Source: Chthoniobacterales bacterium
GTDB taxonomy: Bacteria > Verrucomicrobiota > Verrucomicrobiia > Chthoniobacterales > UBA10450
Length of the DNA stretch: 64,000 nt
Assembly: GCA_035473775.1 (NCBI GenBank)
Contig: DATINV010000099.1
Coordinates: 5,806 to 69,805, forward strand
Direction: 5' to 3'
A program made the translations under genes and the position numbers. The stretch's first letter is position 1, and each line of letters begins with the position of its first letter. Shown in pieces: positions 1-9,442 of the stretch. The notes under the pieces were generated by a model. It was not told the origin of the DNA. It did no database searches and saw only the letters and a list, made by a program, of their open reading frames with translations.

Positions 1-1
1 A

Positions 2-160
2 GTCGGCCTTCCTCAATACAGTTCGACGCCGACCTGGATGTTTTTCCGTAACACCATCCTAAGCGATCTGTTTTTCACTCTGCTCTTCGTGGCATGCATT
101 AATTTCGGGCGTCAAACCAGCAGGGTGCGCGCTGGTGCTGCTTTGCCTCGCGTCGCGTAA
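2..160 (+). CDS. C-terminal fragment of an ORF entering from upstream of the window; hydrophobic tail, function unknown
   Basis: Frame is open from the window edge to TAA at 158-160 (..WMFFRNTILSDLFFTLLFVACINFGRQTSRVRAGAALPRVA*). Too short to classify. Confidence 0.2.
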   Translation, partial: VGLPQYSSTPTWMFFRNTILSDLFFTLLFVACINFGRQTSRVRAGAALPRVA

Positions 161-166
161 AATTCA

Positions 167-1144
167 ATGCAGCGTCCCGAGCAACGCGACGAAGTCGAGA
201 TGCTCGCGCTGATGCTGTTGATTCGCCGTTTCGAGGAACGCGCGAGCCAGCAGTATCAGGCGCAGAAGATCGGCGGCTTTTGCCATCTCTACATCGGGCA
301 GGAGGCCGTCGTGGTCGGCGCGGTCGCGGCGGTACGAGATGACGATTACATCATCACCGCATATCGGGACCATGGCCATGCGCTGGCCCGCGGAGTTAGC
401 GCCGACGCCTGCATGGCAGAGCTCTTCGGCAAGTCGACCGGTTGCACGAAAGGACTCGGCGGCTCGATGCATTTCTTCGACAAGCAACGTCACATGTACG
501 GGGGGCACGCGATTGTCGCAGCACACGTTCCACTGGCGGCTGGCCTGGCCTTTGCGTCCAAGTATCGCGAGGAAGATCGGGTCACGCTTTGCTTCTTTGG
601 CGACGGCGCGATTAACCAGGGCTCGTTCCACGAAGCGCTCAATTTGATCGCGCTTTACAAGTTGCCGGTCATTTTGATCTGCGAAAACAATCTCTTCGCC
701 ATGGGCACCTCGGTGACGAGATCCACCTCGTTAAAGCAAATCGTCGATCGCGCAGAAGGTTACGATATTCCGGGCGACATCGTGGACGGGATGAACTTTC
801 GCGAAGTTCGCGACAAAATCGCCGAGGTCGCGGCGTCGATCCGCAAAGATCCGCATCCGGCGTTCCTGGAAGTGCGGACCTATCGTTATCGGGGACATTC
901 GATGTCAGATCCGGCCAGCTATCGAACGAAAGAGGAACTCGAAAAATATCGGCTGGACGATCCGATCATCCGGTTGCGGGCGCAGCTAACGCGCGAGGGC
1001 AAGTTGACCAACGAGCAATTCGACGCGCTCGACAAAAAAGCGAAACAAGCTGCGCTCGATTCGGTGAAATTTGCCGAGCAAAGTCCGGAGCTGCCGGTGG
1101 AAGACGTTTATAAGTACGTTTACGACGAGGGCAACAAATCGTGA
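167..1144 (+). CDS. pdhA: pyruvate dehydrogenase E1 component, alpha subunit (TPP-dependent)
   Basis: 325-aa ORF with E1-alpha motifs GFCHLYIGQEAV, YRDHG, GLGGSMH, GDGAINQG and ENNLFAMGT. Its stop overlaps the start of the E1-beta gene by 4 nt. Confidence 0.93.
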   Translation: MQRPEQRDEVEMLALMLLIRRFEERASQQYQAQKIGGFCHLYIGQEAVVVGAVAAVRDDDYIITAYRDHGHALARGVSADACMAELFGKSTGCTKGLGGSMHFFDKQRHMYGGHAIVAAHVPLAAGLAFASKYREEDRVTLCFFGDGAINQGSFHEALNLIALYKLPVILICENNLFAMGTSVTRSTSLKQIVDRAEGYDIPGDIVDGMNFREVRDKIAEVAASIRKDPHPAFLEVRTYRYRGHSMSDPASYRTKEELEKYRLDDPIIRLRAQLTREGKLTNEQFDALDKKAKQAALDSVKFAEQSPELPVEDVYKYVYDEGNKS

Positions 1145-2124
1145 GGGAAATCACTTACCGTCAGGCCCTGAACGAGGCGCTCGCCGAGGAGCTCGCGCGC
1201 GACCCCAACGTTTTTCTGATGGGCGAGGAAGTTGCCGAATATCACGGCGCTTACAAAGTGAGCCAGGGTTTACTCGAACGGTTTGGCCCGAAGCGAATTA
1301 TCGACACTCCCATCAGTGAGAACGGATTCGCCGGCCTGGGCGTCGGCGCCGCCATGACCGGCTTACGGCCGATCATTGAATTCATGACCTGGAGCTTTTC
1401 ACTGGTCGCGTTCGATCAGGTCGTCAATAACGCGCCCAACATGTTCATGATGTCGGGCGGCCAATTTAATATTCCGATCACGTTTCGCGGACCGAACGGT
1501 CCGGCGCATCAACTCGCGGCGACCCATTCGCACGCGACTGAAAATTTGTATGCCAGCGTACCAGGTTTGAAAGTTTGCACGCCGGCAACGCCTCGTGACG
1601 CCAAAGGATTGCTGAAAACCGCAATCCGTGACGACAATCCGGTCCTCGTTCTAGAGGCGGAACTTCTTTACAGCTCAAAGGGAATGGTAGAGCCACCGGA
1701 TGAGGAATTGTTGATTCCGCTCGGTCAGGCTGAGGTGAAACGCGAAGGCAGCGATGTTTCGATTATTTGCTACGCCCAAACCGTGCCGCTTGCCCTGAAC
1801 GTCGCGACCCAACTCGAAGAGGAGGACATTTCCGCTGAGATCCTCGATCTTCGCTCGATCAAACCTTTGGACGAGGAGGCGATCTACAATTCAGTCGCGA
1901 AGACGCACCGAGTTGTGATCGTGGAACAGGACCGGCCATTTTGCGGCGTTGGCGCGGAAGTCTGTTATCGCATCCAGAAGGATATTTTTGATGAGCTCGA
2001 CGCACCGATCATCCGCGTTTCTCAAGAGGACGTCCCGATGCCTTACAACGAGAAGCTGGAGAAATTTGTTTTGCCAAATGCCGACAAGTTGATGGCTGCT
2101 GTCAAGAAAGTCTGTTACGCCTAA
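1141..2124 (+). CDS. pdhB: pyruvate dehydrogenase E1 component, beta subunit
   Basis: 327 aa. The GTG start overlaps the pdhA stop (GTGA). Carries the transketolase-like pyrimidine-binding block IIDTPISENGFAGLGVGAAMTGLRPIIEFM and sits between E1-alpha and E2. Confidence 0.93.
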   Translation: MREITYRQALNEALAEELARDPNVFLMGEEVAEYHGAYKVSQGLLERFGPKRIIDTPISENGFAGLGVGAAMTGLRPIIEFMTWSFSLVAFDQVVNNAPNMFMMSGGQFNIPITFRGPNGPAHQLAATHSHATENLYASVPGLKVCTPATPRDAKGLLKTAIRDDNPVLVLEAELLYSSKGMVEPPDEELLIPLGQAEVKREGSDVSIICYAQTVPLALNVATQLEEEDISAEILDLRSIKPLDEEAIYNSVAKTHRVVIVEQDRPFCGVGAEVCYRIQKDIFDELDAPIIRVSQEDVPMPYNEKLEKFVLPNADKLMAAVKKVCYA

Positions 2125-2130
2125 CGAGCT

Positions 2131-3486
2131 ATGCCGGAAATACAGATGCCGAAGCTCAGCGACACGATGACGGAGGGAACTCTGGTCGCGTGGAAAAAGA
2201 AGAAAGGCGACCAAGTTTCGGCCGGTGAAGTCATCGCTGAAATCGAAACCGACAAAGCGACTATGGAATGGGAATCGCCGGAGGACGGGACCTTGACCGA
2301 AATTTATGTTCAGGAAGGCGGCAAGGTGAACGTCGGGGACAAGATCGCGTTCATCGGTGAGGAAGGGGAAGCAGCGCCGAAAAAGAAGGAGACGAAAAAG
2401 GAAGAAAAACCGAAGGCGGAAGAGAAAAAAGAAAAGAAACCGCAGACTGAAGCTGAAAAACCTGCGCCGGCGAAAGCGCAAGAGAAAGAAACGGCGCCCC
2501 CGCAGGAAAAGAAGAAAGCGGTGGAGTCCGGCGCCTCGCCTGCAAAGAAAGAGCCGCCGGGGCGGCTGCCACCACAGTCATCGGAGGAAGCACGAGTAAA
2601 AGCATCGCCCGTCGCGCGCCGGGTCGCGGCTGAGCTCGGTATCGACCTCGCGAGTGTCAAAGGAACCGGCCCCGAAGGTCGCGTGACCGAATCAGATGTT
2701 CGCGCGGTTTCAAAAACAAAACGGTCGACTGTAGCGGCGGGCGTGTCGTCCGCACAAGAGCAGCCGGCACGGCTGCCACTACAGAAGAGAGAAGGTGAGA
2801 CCCGCATTCAACTTTCTGGCATGCGTAAAGGAATCGCCGAGCGACTTGTTCAAAGTCTCGGTCCAGTTCCGCATTTTTATCTCACAATCGAAATCAACGC
2901 CGCGCCGTTAATGGCCGCGCGCGAAGAATTGAAATCAGCGGGCGAACAGAGCGATGCCGCGAAAATCACGGTGAATGATTTCGTGTTGAAGGCCGCGGTT
3001 ATGGCCGCGGTCAAAGTTCCGCGCGCGAACGCGTCCTTCGACGGCGATGCAATCGTCCAATATGCCGACGTCGACCTTGGAATCGCGGTCGCGATCGAAG
3101 AAGGGTTGCTCACGCCGGTGGTCCGCGCTGCCCAAAACAAAACGCTCCGCGAGATCAGTGAAGCGGTGAAGGATTTGGCTCATCGCGCACGGAACAAGCG
3201 TATGAAGCCGGAAGAATTTCACGGCGGCTCGTTCACGGTTTCAAATCTCGGCGGAATGGGAATTGATTCTTTCAGCGCGGTAATCAATCCGCCGCAGGGA
3301 TTCATTCTCGCCGTCGGCAAAGTGAACAAGGTTCCGGTGATCGACGATTGCGACCAAATCGTCGTCGGCCAACGGATGTCGATCACGATGAGCTGCGATC
3401 ATCGAGTCGTCGATGGCGCTCTCGGGGCGGAGTATTTGAAAGAACTTCGCCACCTTCTCGAAAATCCCGCGCTGTTGCTTGTTTAG
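2131..3486 (+). CDS. pdhC: dihydrolipoamide acetyltransferase (E2 of pyruvate dehydrogenase), single lipoyl domain
   Basis: 451 aa with four parts in order. A lipoyl domain carries ETDKATME. A Lys/Glu/Pro-rich linker follows. A subunit-binding domain reads ASPVARRVAAELGIDL..GTGPEGRV. The catalytic domain carries DHRVVDG. Confidence 0.92.
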   Translation: MPEIQMPKLSDTMTEGTLVAWKKKKGDQVSAGEVIAEIETDKATMEWESPEDGTLTEIYVQEGGKVNVGDKIAFIGEEGEAAPKKKETKKEEKPKAEEKKEKKPQTEAEKPAPAKAQEKETAPPQEKKKAVESGASPAKKEPPGRLPPQSSEEARVKASPVARRVAAELGIDLASVKGTGPEGRVTESDVRAVSKTKRSTVAAGVSSAQEQPARLPLQKREGETRIQLSGMRKGIAERLVQSLGPVPHFYLTIEINAAPLMAAREELKSAGEQSDAAKITVNDFVLKAAVMAAVKVPRANASFDGDAIVQYADVDLGIAVAIEEGLLTPVVRAAQNKTLREISEAVKDLAHRARNKRMKPEEFHGGSFTVSNLGGMGIDSFSAVINPPQGFILAVGKVNKVPVIDDCDQIVVGQRMSITMSCDHRVVDGALGAEYLKELRHLLENPALLLV

Positions 3487-3944
3487 CGCGACGTTGTTTC
3501 CCAGCTCGTAAACGCGTCCAGCGTCTCGCGTGTTTTTTGGACGGCAAACGCCAGGATCGTGGCGTCGTCCAGGAAACCGAGGCCGGGAATCCAATCGGGA
3601 ATCAGATCTAATGGATCGAGCACGTAAATGATTGCGCCGATGATCAAGACCAGGTTCGCGAACCTGATGTTCCGGTATTCGCCGCGATAGTAGGCGCGCA
3701 TCAAACGCAACATTGCTTGCAAGTAGCCCCACAATTCTGCAAACGGCGCCTTGGGAATCGAGCTCATCTTGCGAGTGGCTTTTTGAACCAGATCACGCAA
3801 CGCTTTCGGATCTTTGGCGTATGATTTTGCTCGCTCCAACGCCTTGGAAAAAACTCGATTACGCTTCGGATCTTTTGGCAATGCCAACCGTTTTCGTTTC
3901 ACAACTCCCCCTAGAATATTTGCCACGCCAATCGGCGTCGTCAA
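3483..3944 (-). CDS. DUF1232 (YkvA-like) membrane protein, paralog 1
   Basis: 153 aa with the core YYRGEYRNI..IIGAIIYVLDPLDLIPDWIPGLGFLDDATILAFAV typical of DUF1232. Its start overlaps the stop of paralog 2 by 4 nt. Confidence 0.75.
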   Translation of the reverse strand: MTTPIGVANILGGVVKRKRLALPKDPKRNRVFSKALERAKSYAKDPKALRDLVQKATRKMSSIPKAPFAELWGYLQAMLRLMRAYYRGEYRNIRFANLVLIIGAIIYVLDPLDLIPDWIPGLGFLDDATILAFAVQKTRETLDAFTSWETTSR

Positions 3945-4417
3945 AATGCGCTTATTTCCCAGGCCATGAAATCGTCAAGCGCTTCGCGGGTGCGCGCCAC
4001 CGCAAACGACATAACTGTTGCGTCATCAACAAATCCAAGGAACGGAACTTCGTCGGGAATGAGGTCGAACGGATCGACGAAATAATTCAGCGCGGTAATT
4101 ATCCACAGGAGTTCGTCCTGGGGAACGTTGCGATATTCGCCGCGACAATAAGCGCGGACCAAACGCAGCATCGCCTGCAAGTAGGGCCATGAATCGAGGA
4201 ATGGCTCCTTCGGAACGGCGGCGGCTTTGCGGGCGGCTTCTTCGAACAAAACCCGCAAGCGTTCGGGATTGTTGGCGTGCGCCTTCGCGTTCGCCAACGC
4301 GCGAGCGAATGCTTCGCTCCTCAGCGCGGCTTTAGGTTGCGAAACGCGGAGCTCGACCTTGTCCGGAGCGGGTTTCTTCTGCGCCCGCGGCTTCGATTTT
4401 CCCCTGGCTTTTGTCAT
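3941..4417 (-). CDS. DUF1232 (YkvA-like) membrane protein, paralog 2
   Basis: 158 aa with the same core (YCRGEYRNV..ALNYFVDPFDLIPDEVPFLGFVDDATVMSFAV) and the same basic N-terminal helix as the downstream paralog. Confidence 0.75.
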   Translation of the reverse strand: MTKARGKSKPRAQKKPAPDKVELRVSQPKAALRSEAFARALANAKAHANNPERLRVLFEEAARKAAAVPKEPFLDSWPYLQAMLRLVRAYCRGEYRNVPQDELLWIITALNYFVDPFDLIPDEVPFLGFVDDATVMSFAVARTREALDDFMAWEISAF

Positions 4418-4497
4418 CGCGCGCTATCAAAGCACCACCTGCTCTCCCTGAGAAGGCGTTTGTCTTGAATTCTTTGGACTGTAAGGTCGACAACAGA

Positions 4498-4836
4498 ATG
4501 GAAACTCCGCGCGAGGAGAACAACCTGAAAGCAGTCTCTTTTGTCGTGCACGCGACGCGGGGCGTGATTCGTGACCAAACAACTCGCAGGAAGGGCATGA
4601 TTGTATGCCTGGCGCTTGCGGTCTTGATGCTGTTGGGGGGATTTACCGTTTTTCAAACGATGCTAAATCCGCGCGAGCATCCCTGGTTCGTTATCTTGTT
4701 CTGGGTTGTCTGTGTCTGGCTAACGTTCACGGCAATGCTGATCGCGATCTTTGATTTGCTGGTCATCAGAGTGGAAGCGCGGCGGGCGCAGCGAGCCTTG
4801 CGCGAAAAATTGGAATCGAGTTCGTCCGAAAAGTGA
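4498..4836 (+). CDS. small membrane protein, two predicted TM helices, unknown function
   Basis: ORF 4411-4836 trimmed to the ATG at 4498, because the longer form overlaps the divergent DUF1232 start. Hydrophobic stretches are MIVCLALAVLMLLGGFTVF and WFVILFWVVCVWLTFTAMLIAIFDLLVI. The stop overlaps the GTG of the next gene. Confidence 0.45.
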   Translation: METPREENNLKAVSFVVHATRGVIRDQTTRRKGMIVCLALAVLMLLGGFTVFQTMLNPREHPWFVILFWVVCVWLTFTAMLIAIFDLLVIRVEARRAQRALREKLESSSSEK

Positions 4837-5951
4837 AGGATGGTTGGAAGACGCGCGAGGAGATGGAGAAAACTGAGCGCGCGACGTTGGCTCCGTTCGC
4901 GCAATGCTCGGGCGAGTCGCGCGGCCGAAAATATCCTGAGCAGAGTCATGCCTATCGCACCGAATTTCAGCGTGACCGCGCCCGGATCATTCATTCGCGC
5001 GCTTTCCGTCGACTTGAATACAAGACCCAGGTTTTTCTCAACGGCACTGGGGACCATTTACGCACGCGATTGACCCATTCGATCGAAGTCGCGTCGATCA
5101 GCCGGACCATCGCGCGTGCACTGTCGTTGAACGAAGACTTAGCGGAAGCGATTGCCCTGGCGCATGATCTCGGCCACACGCCGTTTGGACATTCCGGCGA
5201 AGAAATTCTCGCTGAGTGCATGCGTGATCACGGCGGCTTCGAGCACAATCGGCAAAGCTTGCGGGTGGTTGAGCTACTTGAGAACGCGTATCCCGATTTT
5301 CCGGGCCTGAATCTCACGTTCGAGGTCCGCGAAGGTTTGCAAAAGCACGAACGTAAGGGCGGATTCCCGTCGCTCGAAGCCCAGGTCGCCGATCTGGCGG
5401 ACGAGATCACTTACTACAGCCACGATCTTGATGACGCGGTCGATTTTGAAATTCTGAGCGCGGCGCAATTGGCTGAGAATGAAGTTTGGAGAAAGAGCCA
5501 ACAACATGTCCTGGCGCATTATCCGGACGCACGCGAGCCGGACCTGCACAAATTGATCATTCCAAACATCATCGACGTCCAGGTTCAGGACGTCGTGACC
5601 ACGAGCGCGAAATCGATTGCCCAAGCGAACCCAAAAAATATCGACGAGGTGCGAAAACAATCGGCGAAGCTGATTCATTACAGCGACGATTTGGGCAAGG
5701 CGAACGCCGCTCTTCGAAAATTTCTTTATGCTAACGTTTACTATCATCCGCGCGTTGCGGAAGTGAACCAGCGCGCGGGCGAGATGCTGAAGAAGGTTTT
5801 CGAAAGTTATGTGACCGACCCGCGCCAGTTGGGCGATCTCGCGACCCGCCGGCTCGAGCAGGAAGGACTCCACCGCACGGTGTGCGATTACGTCGCTGGA
5901 ATGACCGATCGCTACTTAATGGAAGAGTTCGCGCGGATCAGTAGGAGGTGA
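4833..5951 (+). CDS. dgt: dGTPase-like HD-domain triphosphohydrolase (dGTP triphosphohydrolase family, short type)
   Basis: 372 aa with FQRDRARIIHSRAFRRLEYKTQVF, the HD motif THSIEVASI..LAHDLGHTPFGHSGE, and a C-terminal DYVAGMTDRY. Confidence 0.85.
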   Translation: MKDGWKTREEMEKTERATLAPFAQCSGESRGRKYPEQSHAYRTEFQRDRARIIHSRAFRRLEYKTQVFLNGTGDHLRTRLTHSIEVASISRTIARALSLNEDLAEAIALAHDLGHTPFGHSGEEILAECMRDHGGFEHNRQSLRVVELLENAYPDFPGLNLTFEVREGLQKHERKGGFPSLEAQVADLADEITYYSHDLDDAVDFEILSAAQLAENEVWRKSQQHVLAHYPDAREPDLHKLIIPNIIDVQVQDVVTTSAKSIAQANPKNIDEVRKQSAKLIHYSDDLGKANAALRKFLYANVYYHPRVAEVNQRAGEMLKKVFESYVTDPRQLGDLATRRLEQEGLHRTVCDYVAGMTDRYLMEEFARISRR

Positions 5952-6581
5952 TCAGGCGGCGCTGCCGATTTCGTCCTGCAAGAAAGTGATGAGCAATCGC
6001 AAGCGTTGGTTGACGGAAGATTCTTCTAGCATTCGCTGACGACGGAGCGGGTCTTCCACGAAGGTGGATGCGACGAGATCGGCAAGCATTTGCAAATCGC
6101 CGAGCTGGCCCAGGTAGCGGTCGACTTTTGGAGGAAGCTGGCGTCCTGCGCGTTTCAGTTTTCGGTAAAGCTCGAGAACTTTTTCGCCGAGCGCTTCGGT
6201 TTCAACGGTTGCCTTGTTCTCCGATTCGACGATGTCGATCTTCGCGACGGGAAATGGAGTTTCCTGTTCGAAGCTGGTGAAGCGCACTCGATGGAGGCCT
6301 TGGAGCACGAGATTCGAAGTGCCGTCGCCCCGACCGACACAGGCGCGGATCAAACCGACAGTGGCGAAATGAAAAAAATCCTCCGGCGCTTGCCACTCGG
6401 GGCAACTCGGCTTGATTAGCGTGACGCTGAACATTCGGTCACGTTGCAGCGCGTGTTCGAGCATTTCCTGATAACGCCGCTCGAAAATGTAAAGTGGGAG
6501 CAAGGCGTGGGGAAAGAGGACCGCGCCCGGCAATGGCATCACCGGAACTTCCTCAGGCAAGCTCACGTCCCCGTTTTTCAT
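5952..6581 (-). CDS. stand-alone Lon N-terminal (LON substrate-binding) domain protein
   Basis: 209 aa. VMPLPGAVLFPHALLPLYIFERRYQEM matches the Lon N-domain signature. No AAA+ or protease domain follows. Confidence 0.8.
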   Translation of the reverse strand: MKNGDVSLPEEVPVMPLPGAVLFPHALLPLYIFERRYQEMLEHALQRDRMFSVTLIKPSCPEWQAPEDFFHFATVGLIRACVGRGDGTSNLVLQGLHRVRFTSFEQETPFPVAKIDIVESENKATVETEALGEKVLELYRKLKRAGRQLPPKVDRYLGQLGDLQMLADLVASTFVEDPLRRQRMLEESSVNQRLRLLITFLQDEIGSAA

Positions 6582-6595
6582 CCCTCGATGGTAAT

Positions 6596-7279
6596 TTACC
6601 GCCCAAGCGCGGAACGCAAGACGGCGATCGAGAGTTGCCCTTCAACGTTGGGCCGTTCAAGTGCGGCGTAATTGAGGACCGAGCCGCATCGCGCCAGCAA
6701 CAAACGCGAAATCCCGCCGAGTTTGCCGATGCCCATCGCGCTGATCGGCAGATGGACGTTTTTGCTGGTCATGAAATCGAGGAGGCGGGAGAGCGCGGCC
6801 GGCGAATCGGTCCGGGTAGCGACTTTGAAAATGTCTGCGCCCAGCGCTTTGGCCTGCTTTGCTTTGGCACACAAGCTGCGCGATGAGGGCGTGGATTTGA
6901 AATTATGGTACGACAAAATCCGACGAACCTTTCGCTTCTTCGCCTCCGCCAGGAGCGATCTGAAATCGCGGACCGAGCGCAACTCGACGTCGAGGAATGT
7001 GGCTTGAGTCAGAAACCGCTGAAGCAACGCGTGTCTCGTTTCGAGAGAAAGATTTCCAATTCCGCCTTCCCGCGGATCGCGCGCGGTGATGATAAGCGGA
7101 ACGGGCAGGCGACAAATTTTTTTCTCGCGGTAATTCGTAATCGGCAAAAGCGAATCGAGACGAAGCTCGAACAGGTCGGGCCGCTGTTTAGTTGCCGCGG
7201 CCGCATCAAGATCCGCAGACGACGCAATCACGGCGACCAGCTTAGCCTGCGGCGCTTTGACCCCTCTTCGCGTTGTCAT
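6596..7279 (-). CDS. aroD: 3-dehydroquinate dehydratase, type I
   Basis: 227 aa with ELRLDSL, ITARDPREGG, SYHNF (catalytic His context) and GADIFKVAT (Schiff-base Lys context). Confidence 0.8.
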   Translation of the reverse strand: MTTRRGVKAPQAKLVAVIASSADLDAAAATKQRPDLFELRLDSLLPITNYREKKICRLPVPLIITARDPREGGIGNLSLETRHALLQRFLTQATFLDVELRSVRDFRSLLAEAKKRKVRRILSYHNFKSTPSSRSLCAKAKQAKALGADIFKVATRTDSPAALSRLLDFMTSKNVHLPISAMGIGKLGGISRLLLARCGSVLNYAALERPNVEGQLSIAVLRSALGR

Positions 7280-7330
7280 ATACTTATCGCTCCCAGTGTC
7301 AGAGGAGAGCGTTAACTGCTCCTTTGTAGC

Positions 7331-8722
7331 ATGCTCGCGCGACGACAGGAATTAAACACGCAGCTGCAAGTAGTGATTGATGGCTTCTTGCTGGCCGCTT
7401 CGCTTTGGGTGGCGTGGGTCCTTCGTTATTACGGCACGTTCTGGTTCGATCTTAAAGATACGGTCGATGCGTTTCATAATTATCATTGGCTGTTCATCGT
7501 AATCATGCCGTTTGGACCGATCTTGCTCGATCTCCAGGGTTTCTATCAATCCCCGCTGAACAAGACGATGTGGCGATCGCTGGTGCAGATCGTGCGAGCA
7601 ATGATTGCGCTGAGCATCATAGTCAGCGGTTGCGTGATTTTTCTTCGGTTCCCGCTGACCAATCGAAGCGTGCCATTGCTTTTTATTGTTATCGGCACAC
7701 TTGCGCTCTTGATTAAGGAGCGTTTAATCGCCACAGAATTGCGCGGGCGTGCCGTCCGTGGGGTGCAACGCGAGCCAGTATTGCTAGCCGGTTTGCCGCA
7801 GGACCTGGCAGCACTCGAACGCACTTTCACTCCCGAACAACGATTGCTCATCGAAGTTGTAGCGCGGATCGACATCGAGCAGCAGCCGATCTCCGATTTA
7901 GTCGAAGCGATGCACAAGCACGCAGTGTCGCGGGTGATCTTCGCCGCCGGCCATAGCCGGTTGAATCGGGTGGAGGAGGCGATTAGCGCCTGTGAAGTCG
8001 AAGGCGTGCCGGCCTGGCTGGTCGCGGATTTTATCCAAACCTCGATTGCCAAGCCTGACTTCGATGCTTTCGCCGGCCGGCCCATGCTGGTCTTCCGTTC
8101 GACGCCTGAAGTTTCATGGGCGCTTTGGATCAAGCGGGGAATTGATTTCATCGGCGCATTGGTCGCCCTGATAATTTTCGCCATCCCGATGGCGATTGTC
8201 GCGCTGATGATCCGGCTGACATCGCATGGACCAGTGATTTTTCGTCAACGGCGGGCCGGCCGCTTCGGCAAACCATTCGTCATGTACAAATTTCGCTCGA
8301 TGACGGACGACGCCGAAATGCGGCGAGCTGAGCTGGAACCGTTCAATCAAATGAGCGGGCCGGTGTTCAAGGTGGAAGCGGATCCGCGCATCACCCCTTT
8401 GGGCCACTGGCTGCGACGCACAAGCTTCGATGAATTACCGCAGCTCTGGAATGTCCTGGCCGGAAACATGAGTTTGGTTGGACCCCGGCCGTTGCCCGTT
8501 TACGAAGTGGAAAGATTTGAGAACACGGCGCAACGACGCCGTTTGAGCGTGAAGCCCGGCCTGACCTGTCTCTGGCAAATCAACGGACGCAATCAGGTCC
8601 GCGATTTCCGGGATTGGGTGCGACTCGACCTTGAGTACATCGATCGGTGGTCGCTGGCGCTGGATTTCAAGATCCTTCTCCGAACTATTCCGGCGGTAAT
8701 CCTGGGCTTCGGGGCGAAGTAG
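7331..8722 (+). CDS. polyprenyl glycosylphosphotransferase (WbaP / exopolysaccharide sugar transferase family), initiating enzyme
   Basis: 463 aa. N-terminal TM helices precede a central Rossmann-like region. The C-terminal bacterial sugar transferase domain reads [45 protein letters not shown]. Confidence 0.85.
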   Translation: MLARRQELNTQLQVVIDGFLLAASLWVAWVLRYYGTFWFDLKDTVDAFHNYHWLFIVIMPFGPILLDLQGFYQSPLNKTMWRSLVQIVRAMIALSIIVSGCVIFLRFPLTNRSVPLLFIVIGTLALLIKERLIATELRGRAVRGVQREPVLLAGLPQDLAALERTFTPEQRLLIEVVARIDIEQQPISDLVEAMHKHAVSRVIFAAGHSRLNRVEEAISACEVEGVPAWLVADFIQTSIAKPDFDAFAGRPMLVFRSTPEVSWALWIKRGIDFIGALVALIIFAIPMAIVALMIRLTSHGPVIFRQRRAGRFGKPFVMYKFRSMTDDAEMRRAELEPFNQMSGPVFKVEADPRITPLGHWLRRTSFDELPQLWNVLAGNMSLVGPRPLPVYEVERFENTAQRRRLSVKPGLTCLWQINGRNQVRDFRDWVRLDLEYIDRWSLALDFKILLRTIPAVILGFGAK

Positions 8723-8744
8723 CCGGTACTATATATAGAACAGG

Positions 8745-9347
8745 CTACTCTTGCGGCGCGTAGCGGGCGAGCATCCGCTCGACGTATTTGGCTAGGATGT
8801 CGAACTCGATATTCACCAATTCGCCCGCCTGCAAAACATCAATGTTGGTATGCCGTTTAGTGTGCGGAATTATCCAGATGGCGAAGCTTTTCGACAGAAG
8901 CTCCGCGATCGTCAGACTGATTCCATTGACGGCGACGGAGCCTTTGTAAGCTGCGTAATGAGCGAAGTCGGGCGGTAGTTCGATTTCAAGGCGATGGTCA
9001 GTCCCACTTCGTTCGAAGGAAATTACTTTGGAACTGCAATCGATGTGTCCTTGCACAAAGTGGCCGCCTAATGGCTCGCCCGCGAGGAGTGCCCGCTCTA
9101 CGTTTACCAAACCGTCGCGACGAAGTTGTTTCAAGTTCGTGCGGTCCAGCGTTTCCTCGAGGAGATCGAACGTGAGTTGATCTTCGCGTCGAGAGCTAAC
9201 GGTCAAACAACAACCATTTACCGCCACGCTGTCACCGGTGCGAGTCTCAGCTGCAATTCGAGGTGCCGCGACTTGAAGTTGAGTGCCGCGATCGGTCATC
9301 CGGATCCAAAGCACTTTGGCTACCTCCTGGATCAAACCGGTAAACAT
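8745..9347 (-). CDS. ribE: riboflavin synthase (alpha chain)
   Basis: The canonical N-terminus MFTGLIQEVAKV begins at the ATG at 9347, which is the 38th codon of the longest ORF. Duplicated lumazine-binding repeats are present (VAVNGCCLTV / VAVNGISLTI). Confidence 0.88.
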   Translation of the reverse strand: MFTGLIQEVAKVLWIRMTDRGTQLQVAAPRIAAETRTGDSVAVNGCCLTVSSRREDQLTFDLLEETLDRTNLKQLRRDGLVNVERALLAGEPLGGHFVQGHIDCSSKVISFERSGTDHRLEIELPPDFAHYAAYKGSVAVNGISLTIAELLSKSFAIWIIPHTKRHTNIDVLQAGELVNIEFDILAKYVERMLARYAPQE

Positions 9348-9442
9348 GGCGGCGATTTTAATGCCGGAAGCTCGTCCCGCCAACTCCAGACCGCGACATC
9401 TTGTTTGCGTGGGAGTCGGGTAAGTCTTAATTCCACCCAACT

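Noticed and set aside
1891-2807. Arg/Lys-rich 80-aa ORF (2357-2599, +) and long antisense ORFs (1891-2481, 2310-2807, 2351-2605) inside the E2 gene
   Set aside because: They are frame artefacts of the purine-rich AAG/GAA linker-coding DNA. They are nested in a gene whose sense frame has unmistakable lipoyl, PSBD and catalytic motifs.
4833-5951. dGTPase-like gene as an anti-phage nucleotide-depletion defence system
   Set aside because: Its sequence looks like the common short housekeeping dGTPase-like family. Its neighbours are housekeeping (aroD, a Lon-N protein, PDH), and there are no other defence genes or mobile elements.
7546-8184. 212-aa antisense ORF in the WbaP-like gene. Similar nested ORFs lie at 43573-44130 (gpmI), 44999-45568 (hemB), 53307-53954 (ugd), 55697-56254 (lptD) and 5274-5873 (dgt).
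   Set aside because: All lie entirely within well-supported genes on the opposite strand and show no domain signatures.
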